The notes under the pieces: generated by a model
Seen by the model: only the letters and a program-made list of their open reading frames with translations
What the model was told of the DNA's origin: nothing
The model's database searches: none
Position numbers and translations under genes: made by a program
Shown here: positions 1 through 7,962 of the stretch, in pieces
Numbering within the stretch: position 1 is the first letter of the stretch
How the letters are laid out: every line of letters starts with the position of its first letter
Assembly (NCBI GenBank): GCA_964244895.1
Contig: CAXTKV010000086.1
Coordinates: 1-20,107 of the forward strand
From: an uncultured Deinococcales bacterium
GTDB taxonomy: Bacteria > Deinococcota > Deinococci > Deinococcales > JAAFIG01
Length of the DNA: 20,107 nt
Reading direction: 5' to 3'

Positions 1-61
1 GCACCGCTTGGGCTGCTCGCGCTTCTTGCTCGTGAAAGAGCACCTCTCGGGCTGCTCGCGC
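1..61. repeat. 39-bp repeat module in tandem (one full unit at 23-61, partial unit at 1-22 cut by the window edge)
   Basis: 1-22 GCACCGCTTGGGCTGCTCGCGC matches 40-61 GCACCTCTCGGGCTGCTCGCGC (period 39). Unit 23-61 is 33/39 identical to 9932-9970. Confidence 0.75.
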
Positions 62-84
62 CTGGCACGCAGATTCTTGATGCT

Positions 85-113
85 CGAGAAGACCGTCCCA
101 GACGGTCTTCTCG
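85..113. repeat. ACCGT-N5-ACGGT palindromic intergenic repeat (hairpin monomer); may act as terminator/3' stabiliser of the peptidase gene
   Basis: Perfect 13-bp inverted repeat CGAGAAGACCGTC-CCA-GACGGTCTTCTCG, 1 nt from the stop codon at 115. Confidence 0.85.
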
Positions 114-114
114 T

Positions 115-825
115 TCAGGCGGAACCCAGAAAGTGCGTCTCGAGCGGGTTCTCGAGGACATCGCCGGACAGCGCGACGCGGTACGCCAGGGCGTTCGGCC
201 TGGAAGAAATGGCGCGCTCGAGGCGCTCATCGACAAAATGGAGCGCTGCGCCATCGTCGGCGGCGTAGCCATCCTTGATGCGTCCGTCTCGCAAGAACGC
301 GTGCAGGCTCGGGCGGCGGTCGGATTCACCGTCGTAGTGCGGTGTCATCGAACCCGGCAGCCAGCCCAGGCAGTCCAGCACGCCCAATTCTGGCCCCAGC
401 GAATCCGTGCTGCCCTGCTCGAACCAGCAGATCGCGCCCGCAGACACCCCGGTCATGATCGCGCCGCGCTCGTAAGCGGCCCGCAACATCGGCGTGAGCT
501 TCCACTCGCGCCAGAGCGTGATCGCGTTGAAGGTGTTGCCGCCCGAAAAGTACAGCACGTCCTGCCTGGCGACGTGCGCGCCCAGTTCATCCGGCCAGGT
601 CGAGGGCCTGAAGAGTTGCAGGTCGCTGGGCTCGCAGTGGTGGTCCGCGAAGGCCGCGTGGAACCGCGCGATGTAGCTGTCGCTGTCGCCCGCCGCCGTG
701 GCGATGAAACACACGCGCGGTCGTTCCAGCCCCGTCAAGGACAACACGTACCGATCCAGCAAGGGATTCTCGGGTTCCATCGAGAATCCGCCGCCGCCCA
801 TCGCCATGATCTGGCGCGGTTTCAC
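115..825 (-). CDS. pepE: Peptidase E family (S51, class I glutamine amidotransferase-like) dipeptidase
   Basis: N-terminal IMAMGGGGFSMEP, CFIATAAGDS, YFSGGNT, catalytic GVSAGAICWF and PHYD motifs typical of peptidase S51. Confidence 0.88.
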   Translation of the reverse strand: MKPRQIMAMGGGGFSMEPENPLLDRYVLSLTGLERPRVCFIATAAGDSDSYIARFHAAFADHHCEPSDLQLFRPSTWPDELGAHVARQDVLYFSGGNTFNAITLWREWKLTPMLRAAYERGAIMTGVSAGAICWFEQGSTDSLGPELGVLDCLGWLPGSMTPHYDGESDRRPSLHAFLRDGRIKDGYAADDGAALHFVDERLERAISSRPNALAYRVALSGDVLENPLETHFLGSA

Positions 826-828
826 GGT

Positions 829-1434
829 TTAAGGCCCGTTGGAGGGCACGGTCAGTCTCGCGCCGTCGGTCGTCTCGAGGCTGACGCGCAACTGGTCGTT
901 GATCTTCTCGACCAGGCACGATTTCAACGCCAGACCGTCCCCGAGCGCCAGCTTGGTGGTTCCGGCCTCGTAACCCGCCTGGCAGTCGGTCGGCGGCGCG
1001 CCCGTCTGGGCACCGTAAGTCGTGGCGAGCTTCAGGACATCCTGGGCGTAAGCCAGAACGCCGGGGCTGGCCTGCGGTGCGCTGGGAGACGTGCCCGTAT
1101 CGCCCGAGGGCGCGCTCGGGGTCATCGCGCCCGAGCCAGAGGTGCCCGAGCCGGACGTGCCCGAGCCGGACGTGCCCGAACCCGAATCGCTCGAGGTTGA
1201 AGGGTTGCTCGAGTCCGAGCCCGTGCTGCCCGAACTGCTGCCCGTGCTGCCCGAGCCCGAAGCCTGCAATGCGGAGCGCACGCTCTCGACCTGGGATTTC
1301 AACGAGTCGCGCTCCTGAGAGATGACCTCGAGTTGAGATTTCAGTTGCGCGTTCTCCTGGCGCAGTTTGTCCGCCTCCGGGTTGCTGCACGAAACCAGGG
1401 CGACGGCGACCAGCGCGGCTGCGAACCATTTCAT
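829..1434 (-). CDS. Lipoprotein: coiled coil, Ser/Gly/Thr linker, C-terminal two-Cys domain (possibly pilin-head-like)
   Basis: Start reassigned to ATG 1434 (MKWFAAALVAVALVSC, lipobox LVSC). Heptad segment ADKLRQENAQLKSQLEVISQERDSLKSQVESV, SGSGT repeats, C-terminal C-x21-C domain. Confidence 0.8.
   Translation of the reverse strand: MKWFAAALVAVALVSCSNPEADKLRQENAQLKSQLEVISQERDSLKSQVESVRSALQASGSGSTGSSSGSTGSDSSNPSTSSDSGSGTSGSGTSGSGTSGSGAMTPSAPSGDTGTSPSAPQASPGVLAYAQDVLKLATTYGAQTGAPPTDCQAGYEAGTTKLALGDGLALKSCLVEKINDQLRVSLETTDGARLTVPSNGP
1142..1186. repeat. Intragenic 15-bp tandem repeat encoding the SGSGT linker
   Basis: GTGCCCGAGCCGGAC twice, followed by the variant GTGCCCGAACCCGAA. Confidence 0.8.
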
Positions 1435-1440
1435 GCCCGG

Positions 1441-1446
1441 AGTATA
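1441..1446 (-). promoter_or_regulatory. Putative -10 box of a leaderless promoter for the lipoprotein gene
   Basis: Minus strand reads TATACT-CCGGGC-ATG with no Shine-Dalgarno; leaderless mRNAs are common in Deinococcus-Thermus. Confidence 0.65.
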
Positions 1447-1681
1447 GCCGCAACGGGTGTATCGGGCGTAAAGCGCGAGAAGACCGCGAGAGTCCACGTC
1501 GGAAACTCGAGATGCGCGGTGTGCGTTGGCGCAAGCCCCGAAGCAACCATCGGTGCTTTGATGGACGCGGTTCAATCCCACCGCGGACTGATGGTTTCGC
1601 ACGCGTTTTGCGGCTGCACGACCCTAAACTGATCTTTCCAAATACCCTCACCTCGAGCCGGAGGAATCGTTTCCCACCCGA

Positions 1682-2629
1682 ATGGACGAATCTCGCAGCA
1701 CCATCCTGATCGTTTCCACCGACCCGAGCGACATCGCCATCGGTACGAAACTGCTGGAACCGAGCGGTCTGCGCGTCTTCGGCACGCGACCCGACGCTCC
1801 CGGACTGGGCGCGCTCCTGGCCTCGAGCGCGATCCACGGCGTGCTGCTCGAGTGGACGCACCCCGCCGATCTGGGACTGGTGCGCGCCATCAAAACCCAA
1901 CCCGTTCCCCTGCCCGTCGCGCTGATCGCCCCGGACACGCGCGAGATGCGGCTGGTGGCCTACGCCGCCGGGGTCGACGAGGTGCTGACCAGACCGCTCG
2001 ACCAGGACATCCTGGTGGCCCGCATGACGGCGCTGGTGCGGCAATTCCGCGCCACATCTCACCTGGAAGACGCCACGGGCGTCCTCGGTGCGGTCGCCCG
2101 CGCAGTCGAGGTTCACGACCCGTACACCGCAGGGCACCTGGAGCGCCTGCGCCGACTGGGTGGTCGCGTGGCGCTCCAGCTGGGGCTCTCAAGGCTCGAG
2201 GTCGAAGCGATCCGAACGGCGGGCGTGCTGCACGACATCGGCAAGGTCGCCATCCCCGGCGAGATCCTGCGCAAACGCGGCCCGTTGACGGACGAGGACT
2301 GGCAACTGATGCGCGAACACCCCGCTTACGGCGAACGGATCGTCTCGAACCTGCGCCAGGGCAGGTTGATCGCGCCGATCGTGCGCGGCCACCACGAGCG
2401 CTGGGATGGCACGGGCTACCCGGACGGCGTGGCCGGTGAACGCATCCCGCTCGGTGCGCGCATCATCGCCGCCGTGGACGCCCTGGACGCGATGACCACC
2501 GACCGGTCTTACCGCCGCGCCCTGACGCGCCGCGAGGCCCGCAAACGGCTCGAGGTCGGCGCCGGCACGCAGTTCGATCCGCTGATTGTGGACACCGTGC
2601 TGGACGTATCCGTGATTCCCAAAGCCTGA
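1682..2629 (+). CDS. HD-GYP domain c-di-GMP phosphodiesterase (RpfG-like) with N-terminal degenerate receiver domain
   Basis: HDPYTAGHLER, LHDIGK, HPAYGERI, HHERWDGTGYPDG and DALDAMTTDRSYR motifs; N-terminal ~120 aa REC-like pattern. Confidence 0.92.
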   Translation: MDESRSTILIVSTDPSDIAIGTKLLEPSGLRVFGTRPDAPGLGALLASSAIHGVLLEWTHPADLGLVRAIKTQPVPLPVALIAPDTREMRLVAYAAGVDEVLTRPLDQDILVARMTALVRQFRATSHLEDATGVLGAVARAVEVHDPYTAGHLERLRRLGGRVALQLGLSRLEVEAIRTAGVLHDIGKVAIPGEILRKRGPLTDEDWQLMREHPAYGERIVSNLRQGRLIAPIVRGHHERWDGTGYPDGVAGERIPLGARIIAAVDALDAMTTDRSYRRALTRREARKRLEVGAGTQFDPLIVDTVLDVSVIPKA

Positions 2630-2679
2630 GAAGACCGTCTGGGACGCAAGACCAGATGTGCGTGCTGGACGGTGTTTTC
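2628..2679. repeat. Intergenic palindromic repeat, inverted pair
   Basis: GAGAAGACCGTCTGGGACGCA ... TGCGTGCTGGACGGTGTTTTC; overlaps the TGA stop at 2627-2629. Confidence 0.85.
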
Positions 2680-2735
2680 TGCCCCAGCGCCCTTTGGCTC
2701 GTCAGGAATAAATCACCTCCGGGAAGGCTGATTGC

Positions 2736-2757
2736 AAAAACCTGCGAGATCCGCAGG
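2736..2757 (-). terminator. Putative intrinsic terminator of the minus-strand sugar operon
   Basis: Minus strand CCTGCG-GATCT-CGCAGG followed by TTTTT, about 100 nt downstream of the stop at 2856. Confidence 0.45.
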
Positions 2758-2855
2758 CGCGCTGAGGTGCGAACTCGAGATGCCCGCAAGGATTCGCCCG
2801 CTCGAGAAAGACGGTGAGATGCAAACTGTCGTCCGCAATTCCTGGGAAGTCAGCA

Positions 2856-3914
2856 TCAATCCCAGCGAATCTCGATGCGGCGGCCTTCCTGGGCGCTCTG
2901 AATCGCGCCGAAAACCATCGCCAGGCTCTCGATGTTGTCGCTGGACGCGGTTTCTGGCATTGTCCCGGATTTGACGCAGGTCACGAACTCCCGGATCTGA
3001 CCCTCGTGCCCGCCGATGCGATCACCGGGATCGAGCGCGGGCAATTCGGATGCTGTGAAGCTCGAGAGGAACGCACCGGGATCGCCGCCCGGAACGCCGC
3101 GACCCGGAACCCTTACGACGTTGGCTGTGGGGTGATCGCCGCCGTCCCAGCGCACCGTGCCGCGCGTGCCGACGATGCGCCAGTCAGATTCCCAGGTCGT
3201 GTGAAAGCCTTCCGCCGACCACGAACCCCGATAGTTGAAGATGCTGCCGTCGTTCATCTCGAAGATGCACGCGGCGCTCGAACCGTGCGCGTACCACGAA
3301 CCCGCCGGGTTCCATTCCAGGGCGTAAACCGCCACCGGATCGGCTTTCAGGATCAACCTGGCCGCGTCGAAGGTGTGGATCGCCATGTCCAGCAGCAGCG
3401 CGTGCTCCATCGCATCGCGGAAACCGCCGAAGTGCGCGCCGATGTAAAAATCCGCGTTCAGCGTCGTGACCGCCCCGATCTGGTTTGTCTCGAGGTAACG
3501 TCTAACGCGGCGGATGTTCGGGTCGTAACGCCGGTTCTGGATCACGGCGTGAATGCAGCCGGACGCCTGCGCCGCCGCCACCATTTCCCTGGCGGCGTCC
3601 ATCGAGTGGGCAAGGGGTTTCTCGCCGAGGACGTGAACGCCGCGCCGGAAGGCCGTCAGCGCGTTCTGGTGGTGCGCTTCCGGGATGGTGCAATCGAAGA
3701 TCGCGTCCGGCTGAAGGGCGAGAATCATCTGCTCGAGATTCGATCCGGTCTGCGCGCGCCCAAGCTCGAATTCCGTCTTGCGGGACATGGCCGCGTCCTC
3801 GAGCAGATCCACCAGCCCCACGATCTCGAGGTCGTCTATTCTGGCGGCGGCCTCGAGCCACGCGCGACTCATCGCCCCGCACCCGACCAAGACTGCTTTC
3901 AGTTTCTCGGACAC
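2856..3914 (-). CDS. Gfo/Idh/MocA family NAD(P)-dependent oxidoreductase
   Basis: GTG start at 3914 after GGAGGGAG; VLVGCGAMS Rossmann motif, HVLGEKP, LLDMAIHTFD. Confidence 0.92.
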   Translation of the reverse strand: MSEKLKAVLVGCGAMSRAWLEAAARIDDLEIVGLVDLLEDAAMSRKTEFELGRAQTGSNLEQMILALQPDAIFDCTIPEAHHQNALTAFRRGVHVLGEKPLAHSMDAAREMVAAAQASGCIHAVIQNRRYDPNIRRVRRYLETNQIGAVTTLNADFYIGAHFGGFRDAMEHALLLDMAIHTFDAARLILKADPVAVYALEWNPAGSWYAHGSSAACIFEMNDGSIFNYRGSWSAEGFHTTWESDWRIVGTRGTVRWDGGDHPTANVVRVPGRGVPGGDPGAFLSSFTASELPALDPGDRIGGHEGQIREFVTCVKSGTMPETASSDNIESLAMVFGAIQSAQEGRRIEIRWD

Positions 3915-3937
3915 GGCACACTCCCTCCGTTGAGGTA

Positions 3938-3991
3938 CTCGAGAACACCGTGCAGCGCGATGTTCTCGAGAATGCGTGTGGGACGGTGTTC
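3938..3991. repeat. Intergenic palindromic repeat, inverted pair (degenerate)
   Basis: CTCGAGAACACCGTGCAGCGCG ... TGCGTGTGGGACGGTGTTC. Confidence 0.75.
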
Positions 3992-3997
3992 CTGCGA

Positions 3998-4021
3998 GGG
4001 TGCGATCAATCGCGCCCCTAC
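3998..4021 (-). repeat. GTAG-type REP sequence
   Basis: Minus strand GTAG-GGGCGCGAT-TG-ATCGCACCC: a GTAG tetranucleotide followed by an imperfect palindrome, the canonical REP architecture. Confidence 0.7.
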
Positions 4022-4033
4022 GAAAGCGGTTCG

Positions 4034-4059
4034 CTCGAGACACCGTTCATCACGGTTTC
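4034..4059. repeat. Palindromic repeat monomer overlapping a stop codon
   Basis: CTCGAGAC-ACCGT-TCATC-ACGGT-TTC; spans the stop at 4050-4052. Confidence 0.65.
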
Positions 4060-5219
4060 TTCCAGAATGCGGGCGTCCATTTCTTGGCTGAACGGCTGGA
4101 TTCCACGGTCTTCTCGATGAAGTGAATGCCGCGAGCGCCGTCGTAGACGGTCGGGAAGTCGCCTTCCAGCTTGCCCAGCTTGCGCCGGGATTGCTTGGCG
4201 CGAATCGCCTCGGCTGCACTCAGGTAGACGTTGGCGAAGGCTTCCAGGAAGGCTTCCGGGTGGCCCGTGGGCAATCGCGTGGCCTTCTGGGCTTCGGCGC
4301 AGAGGTAACCGGAACCCCGGGTCAACAGTTGGCGCGGCCCGTCCAGCGGCAGGAAATCGATCGTGTTCGGGTCTTCCTGCCGCCAACTGATCGAACCCTT
4401 CGTGCCGAAGACGCGGATGCGGATGTCGTTCTCGTAGCCCGTCTCGATCTGCGAGGCGATCAGCACGCCCTTCGCGCCGCCCCTGTAGCGAATCAGCATG
4501 TTGCCGTCGTCGTCCAGTTGGCGACCCTTGACGAAGGTCGTCAGGTCGGCGCAGAGGCTCTCGATCTCGAGTCCCGTGATGCTCGCCGCCAGGTTTTCCG
4601 CGTGCGAGCCGATGTCCCCGATGGCTCCAGCCGCGCCGGATCGGGCGGGATCGGTGCGCCAGTCGGCCTGCTTCTGCCCGGTTTTCTCCAGGTTGGTGGC
4701 CAGCCAGCCCTGGTTGTATTCGGTGATGACCTTGCGAATCTCGCCCAGCACGCCCTTCTGCACCATGTGGCGCGCGTGTTTGACCATCGGGTAGCCGGTG
4801 TAGTTGTACGTCACCGCGAAGACCACGCCCGATTTCTCGACGGTCTTGATCAGGTCGTTCGCCTGCTTGGACGTGTGCACCAGCGGCTTGTCGCAGACGA
4901 CGTGAATGCCCGCCTTGGCGAACGCCTTCGCCACCGGGTAATGCACGTGGTTCGGCGTGACGATGCTGACCAGATCGATCCGTTCGGATGCCGGAAGCCT
5001 CAGTTCCGCCGCCAGCATGTCTTCCCACGAACCGTAATTCCGAGAATCCTCGAGCCCCAGGTCCTGACCGGAAGCTTTCGCTTTCTCCGGGTTGCTCGAG
5101 AGCGCACCCGCCACGAATTCGTACTGCCCATCGAGCGCCATCGCCTTGCGGTGAACCGCCCCGATGAACGCGTCCCGCCCGCCGCCGACCATGCCGTACC
5201 GAAGTTTTCGCGCTGCCAT
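4050..5219 (-). CDS. Gfo/Idh/MocA family oxidoreductase
   Basis: ATG 5219 after [56 protein letters not shown]. Confidence 0.93.
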   Translation of the reverse strand: MAARKLRYGMVGGGRDAFIGAVHRKAMALDGQYEFVAGALSSNPEKAKASGQDLGLEDSRNYGSWEDMLAAELRLPASERIDLVSIVTPNHVHYPVAKAFAKAGIHVVCDKPLVHTSKQANDLIKTVEKSGVVFAVTYNYTGYPMVKHARHMVQKGVLGEIRKVITEYNQGWLATNLEKTGQKQADWRTDPARSGAAGAIGDIGSHAENLAASITGLEIESLCADLTTFVKGRQLDDDGNMLIRYRGGAKGVLIASQIETGYENDIRIRVFGTKGSISWRQEDPNTIDFLPLDGPRQLLTRGSGYLCAEAQKATRLPTGHPEAFLEAFANVYLSAAEAIRAKQSRRKLGKLEGDFPTVYDGARGIHFIEKTVESSRSAKKWTPAFWKKP

Positions 5220-5242
5220 ACGTACCTCCACCGATCTCGAGA

Positions 5243-5305
5243 CTCGAGAAGACCGTCCTGGACGCGTTTTCTCGAGATTGAAAATATGCGTCTAGAACGG
5301 TCTTC
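5243..5305. repeat. Intergenic palindromic repeat, inverted pair
   Basis: CTCGAGAAGACCGTCCTGGACGCGT ... ATGCGTCTAGAACGGTCTTC. Confidence 0.85.
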
Positions 5306-5315
5306 CCGGCCAAGC

Positions 5316-6314
5316 TTACTTCTCGAACGCGCTATCGAAGGCCCTGGCGCTCGGTTTGAAATCGAGGCTCTTGCAGAACTCGGCGGATTCGGTCGCGCCG
5401 TGGACGCGATCCATGCGGGAATCCTCCCATTCCACCGAAAGCGGCCCGTCGTAACCGATGTCGTTCAAGGCCACGATGATCTCCTCGAAGTTGATATCGC
5501 CCCGACCGACGCTGCGGAAATCCCAGTAGCGCCGCGCGTCACCGAAACTGACGTGACCGCCGAACACGCCCACGGAGCCATCGCCGTGACCCCACCAGAC
5601 ATCCTTCATGTGGGCGTGAAAAATCCGGTCGTGGAACGTGCGGATGAACTTGACGTAATCCACGCCCTGATAACCCAGGTGGGATGGATCGTAGTTGAAG
5701 CCGAAGCGCTTGTGGCCGCGCAGGGCTTTCAGGGCGCGCTCCGCGCTGGCGATATCGAAGGCAATTTCCGTGGGGTGAACCTCGAGCGCAAAGTTCACGT
5801 CGCAGTCCTCGAACACGTCCAGGATCGGTTTCCAGCGTTTGGCGAAATCCTTGAAGCCCGCGTCCCAGTAGTCCTGGCCGGTCGGCGGGAAGGCGTACAG
5901 GCTGTGCCAGATGCTCGACCCGGTGAACCCGTTGACGATCTTCACGCCAAAAAGCTGCGCGGCTCGAGCCGTATCCGCCATTTCCGTGGCGGCGCGGCGG
6001 CGCACGCCCTCGGGATCGCCGTCACCCCAGACGTGCGCGGGCAAAATCGATTTGTGGCGCTCGTCGATGTGGTCGCAGACGGCCTGCCCGACCAGGTGGT
6101 TTGAAATGGCGTAACCCTCGAGCTTGTGCTTTTTCAGCAAAGCCCGCCGATCCTTGGCGTAAGACTTCGATTTCAACGCGGCCTGCACGTCGAAGTGATC
6201 GCCCCAGCAGGCGAGTTCCAGGCCGTCGTAGCCCATCTCCTTCGCCATCGGCGCGAGTTCTTGAAGGGGCAGATCAGCCCACTGTCCGGTAAACAACGTC
6301 ACGGGTCTGGCCAT
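5316..6314 (-). CDS. Sugar phosphate isomerase/epimerase, xylose isomerase-like TIM barrel (possible keto-sugar hydratase/dehydratase)
   Basis: [47 protein letters not shown] and LSVEWED metal-binding motifs; GGAGG RBS. Confidence 0.9.
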   Translation of the reverse strand: MARPVTLFTGQWADLPLQELAPMAKEMGYDGLELACWGDHFDVQAALKSKSYAKDRRALLKKHKLEGYAISNHLVGQAVCDHIDERHKSILPAHVWGDGDPEGVRRRAATEMADTARAAQLFGVKIVNGFTGSSIWHSLYAFPPTGQDYWDAGFKDFAKRWKPILDVFEDCDVNFALEVHPTEIAFDIASAERALKALRGHKRFGFNYDPSHLGYQGVDYVKFIRTFHDRIFHAHMKDVWWGHGDGSVGVFGGHVSFGDARRYWDFRSVGRGDINFEEIIVALNDIGYDGPLSVEWEDSRMDRVHGATESAEFCKSLDFKPSARAFDSAFEK

Positions 6315-6434
6315 GCGTGGAACCTCCGCTTTTGTTGAATTTCTTCAGGGGACAATAACACCGTTTTGCGTCGGTCACGACGATTGCGGGGCTCGCGCGG
6401 GGCGGTCGCGTTCAAAATCGGGCGCTGCCCCAGC

Positions 6435-6485
6435 AGACCGTCCTGGACGCGAATCGGATCTCGTGTGCAGGACGGTCTTCTCGAG
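6435..6485. repeat. Intergenic palindromic repeat, inverted pair
   Basis: AGACCGTCCTGGACGCGA ... TCGTGTGCAGGACGGTCTTCTCGAG. Confidence 0.85.
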
Positions 6486-6541
6486 CGAAGACCTGCATTC
6501 GGGGCGCTCAGATGGCGCTTGTGGGTATGCTGACAAGCGTT

Positions 6542-7714
6542 GTGAACATCACTTCCTCTACTGGAACCAACCGGGTTGGAATCGCGCGGATCGCGGTCAG
6601 CACCGTGTTTTTCATCAACGGCGCGATGATCGCCACTTGGGTCAGCCGCATTCCCGCCGTCAGCGAACGCCTGGGGCTCAACAAGGCGGAACTCGGTATC
6701 GGCTTGCTGGGCATGGCGGTCGGCGCGCTGATCGCGTTCCCGGTCGCGGGTTGGGCCATCGCGCGGTTCGGATCAAAGATCACCGTCACGACCGTTCTGC
6801 TCGGCATGAGCGCCGCGCTGCTGTTGCCGGGGCTGGCCGGGAGCCTGCCCGCGCTGTTCGCGGCGCTGGTCGTGTTCGGCGGGTTGAACGGTTCAACCGA
6901 CGTGGCCATGAACGCTCAGGCCGTCGAGGTCGAGAAGCGATACCAGAAACCGATCATGTCCTCGTTTCACGCCATGTGGAGTCTGGGCGGGCTGGTCGGG
7001 GCTGGCCTCGGGGCGCTGCTGGCTGGGTTGGGATTCTCGCCGCTGGCGCACTTCGCGCTGGTCGGAACCATCGGGGCAATCACTGCCGCGCTCGCTACTG
7101 GCCGATTGCTGAACGTTCCACCGACGCACACCACGGGTCGCGTCTTCGCCGCGCCACCCAGGGCGCTGGTCGCCATCGGCCTGCTGACCATGTGCGCCGC
7201 CATCGCGGAAGGTGGCATGGCCGACTGGGGCGCGGTTTACCTCAAGACCAGCTTGCTGACCACCGAATCCTTTGCGGCCATCGGTTATGCCGCCTTCAGC
7301 CTGGCGATGCTGGCTGGAAGGCTGGTCGGGGACGCGCTCAAGGCCAGGTTGGGCGCGGTGCTGCTGGGGCGTTCCGGGGGGTTGATCGCCGCCGTCGGCA
7401 TGGCCTTCGCGCTGACTGTTGGGCAACCGTGGGCGTCGTTGATCGGTTTCGCGTGCGTCGGCTGGGGCGTCTCGAGCCTGTTCCCGATGGCCTTCAGCGC
7501 CGCCGGGAATGCCAGGGGCGTCAATCAGGGCGTGGCGCTGGCGGCGGTCGCGACGATGGGCTACTCCGGGTTTCTGGCCGGGCCGCCGTTGATCGGTTTT
7601 CTGGCGCAGGCGACCAGTTTGCGAACCGCGCTGTGGGTGATCGTGGTTTTGTCGACGATCATTGCTTTCGGTGCGAACACCCTTCAGGCCAGCGAGAACC
7701 CGCAGGCCGATTGA
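6542..7714 (+). CDS. MFS transporter (12 TM, probable sugar permease); start uncertain (6512/6527/6542)
   Basis: About 12 hydrophobic segments; WVSRIPAV, ARFGSK, DVAMNAQA, MSSFHAMWSLG, EGGMADWG, GRLVGD. TATGCT -10 at 6526 favours GTG 6542. Confidence 0.9.
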   Translation: MNITSSTGTNRVGIARIAVSTVFFINGAMIATWVSRIPAVSERLGLNKAELGIGLLGMAVGALIAFPVAGWAIARFGSKITVTTVLLGMSAALLLPGLAGSLPALFAALVVFGGLNGSTDVAMNAQAVEVEKRYQKPIMSSFHAMWSLGGLVGAGLGALLAGLGFSPLAHFALVGTIGAITAALATGRLLNVPPTHTTGRVFAAPPRALVAIGLLTMCAAIAEGGMADWGAVYLKTSLLTTESFAAIGYAAFSLAMLAGRLVGDALKARLGAVLLGRSGGLIAAVGMAFALTVGQPWASLIGFACVGWGVSSLFPMAFSAAGNARGVNQGVALAAVATMGYSGFLAGPPLIGFLAQATSLRTALWVIVVLSTIIAFGANTLQASENPQAD

Positions 7715-7744
7715 GCGCGGTCGGTCTCGAGCCTGAGATTCAAG

Positions 7745-7804
7745 GAAGACCGTTCAGCACACGTTTTTCCGGTGTTAAACCATACCGTCCCAGACGGTGT
7801 TCTC
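7745..7804. repeat. Intergenic palindromic repeat, inverted pair
   Basis: GAAGACCGTTCAGCACACGT ... ACCGTCCCAGACGGTGTTCTC. Confidence 0.8.
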
Positions 7805-7962
7805 AGAAAGGTTCAATCGGCGTGTTCGACTTGCTCAACCGACAACTGAGCTTCCTGCAACTCCTCGAGCGGCGCAGCGTCTCGAGATCGCGCGATCCCG
7901 CCCTGACTGTATAAATGTCTCTCGAGCCTTCCATAAACTCCTCTTCAGAACAGGAACGGATC

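Noticed and set aside
1..113. Possible CRISPR array from the 39-bp periodicity
   Set aside because: The units are directly tandem and degenerate with no unique spacer visible, and there are no cas genes; only about 1.5 units are in view.
1566..1585. tRNA T-loop-like GGTTCAATCCC; possible c-di-GMP riboswitch upstream of HD-GYP
   Set aside because: No cloverleaf can be built, and the GEMM-I/II consensus elements are not present in the right order.
1435..1602. N-terminal extensions in the ORF track (1602; likewise 4043, 5231, 7915, 10654, 15906)
   Set aside because: Downstream starts fit better: they have an RBS, -10 box or signal peptide, or sit nearer the family domain start. The extensions cross promoters or repeats.
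4122..6104. Long alternative-frame/antisense ORFs (e.g. 4122-6104, 587-2137, 6313-7914, 10220-11869, 14782-16203, 16070-17563)
   Set aside because: They shadow genes with clear family motifs, have no motifs themselves, and are expected in high-GC DNA with few stop codons.
6531..6546. Possible sugar-regulator operator TGACAAGCGTTGTGA near the MFS start
   Set aside because: Only a 4-bp dyad, a single occurrence, and no regulator in the cluster; too weak to call.
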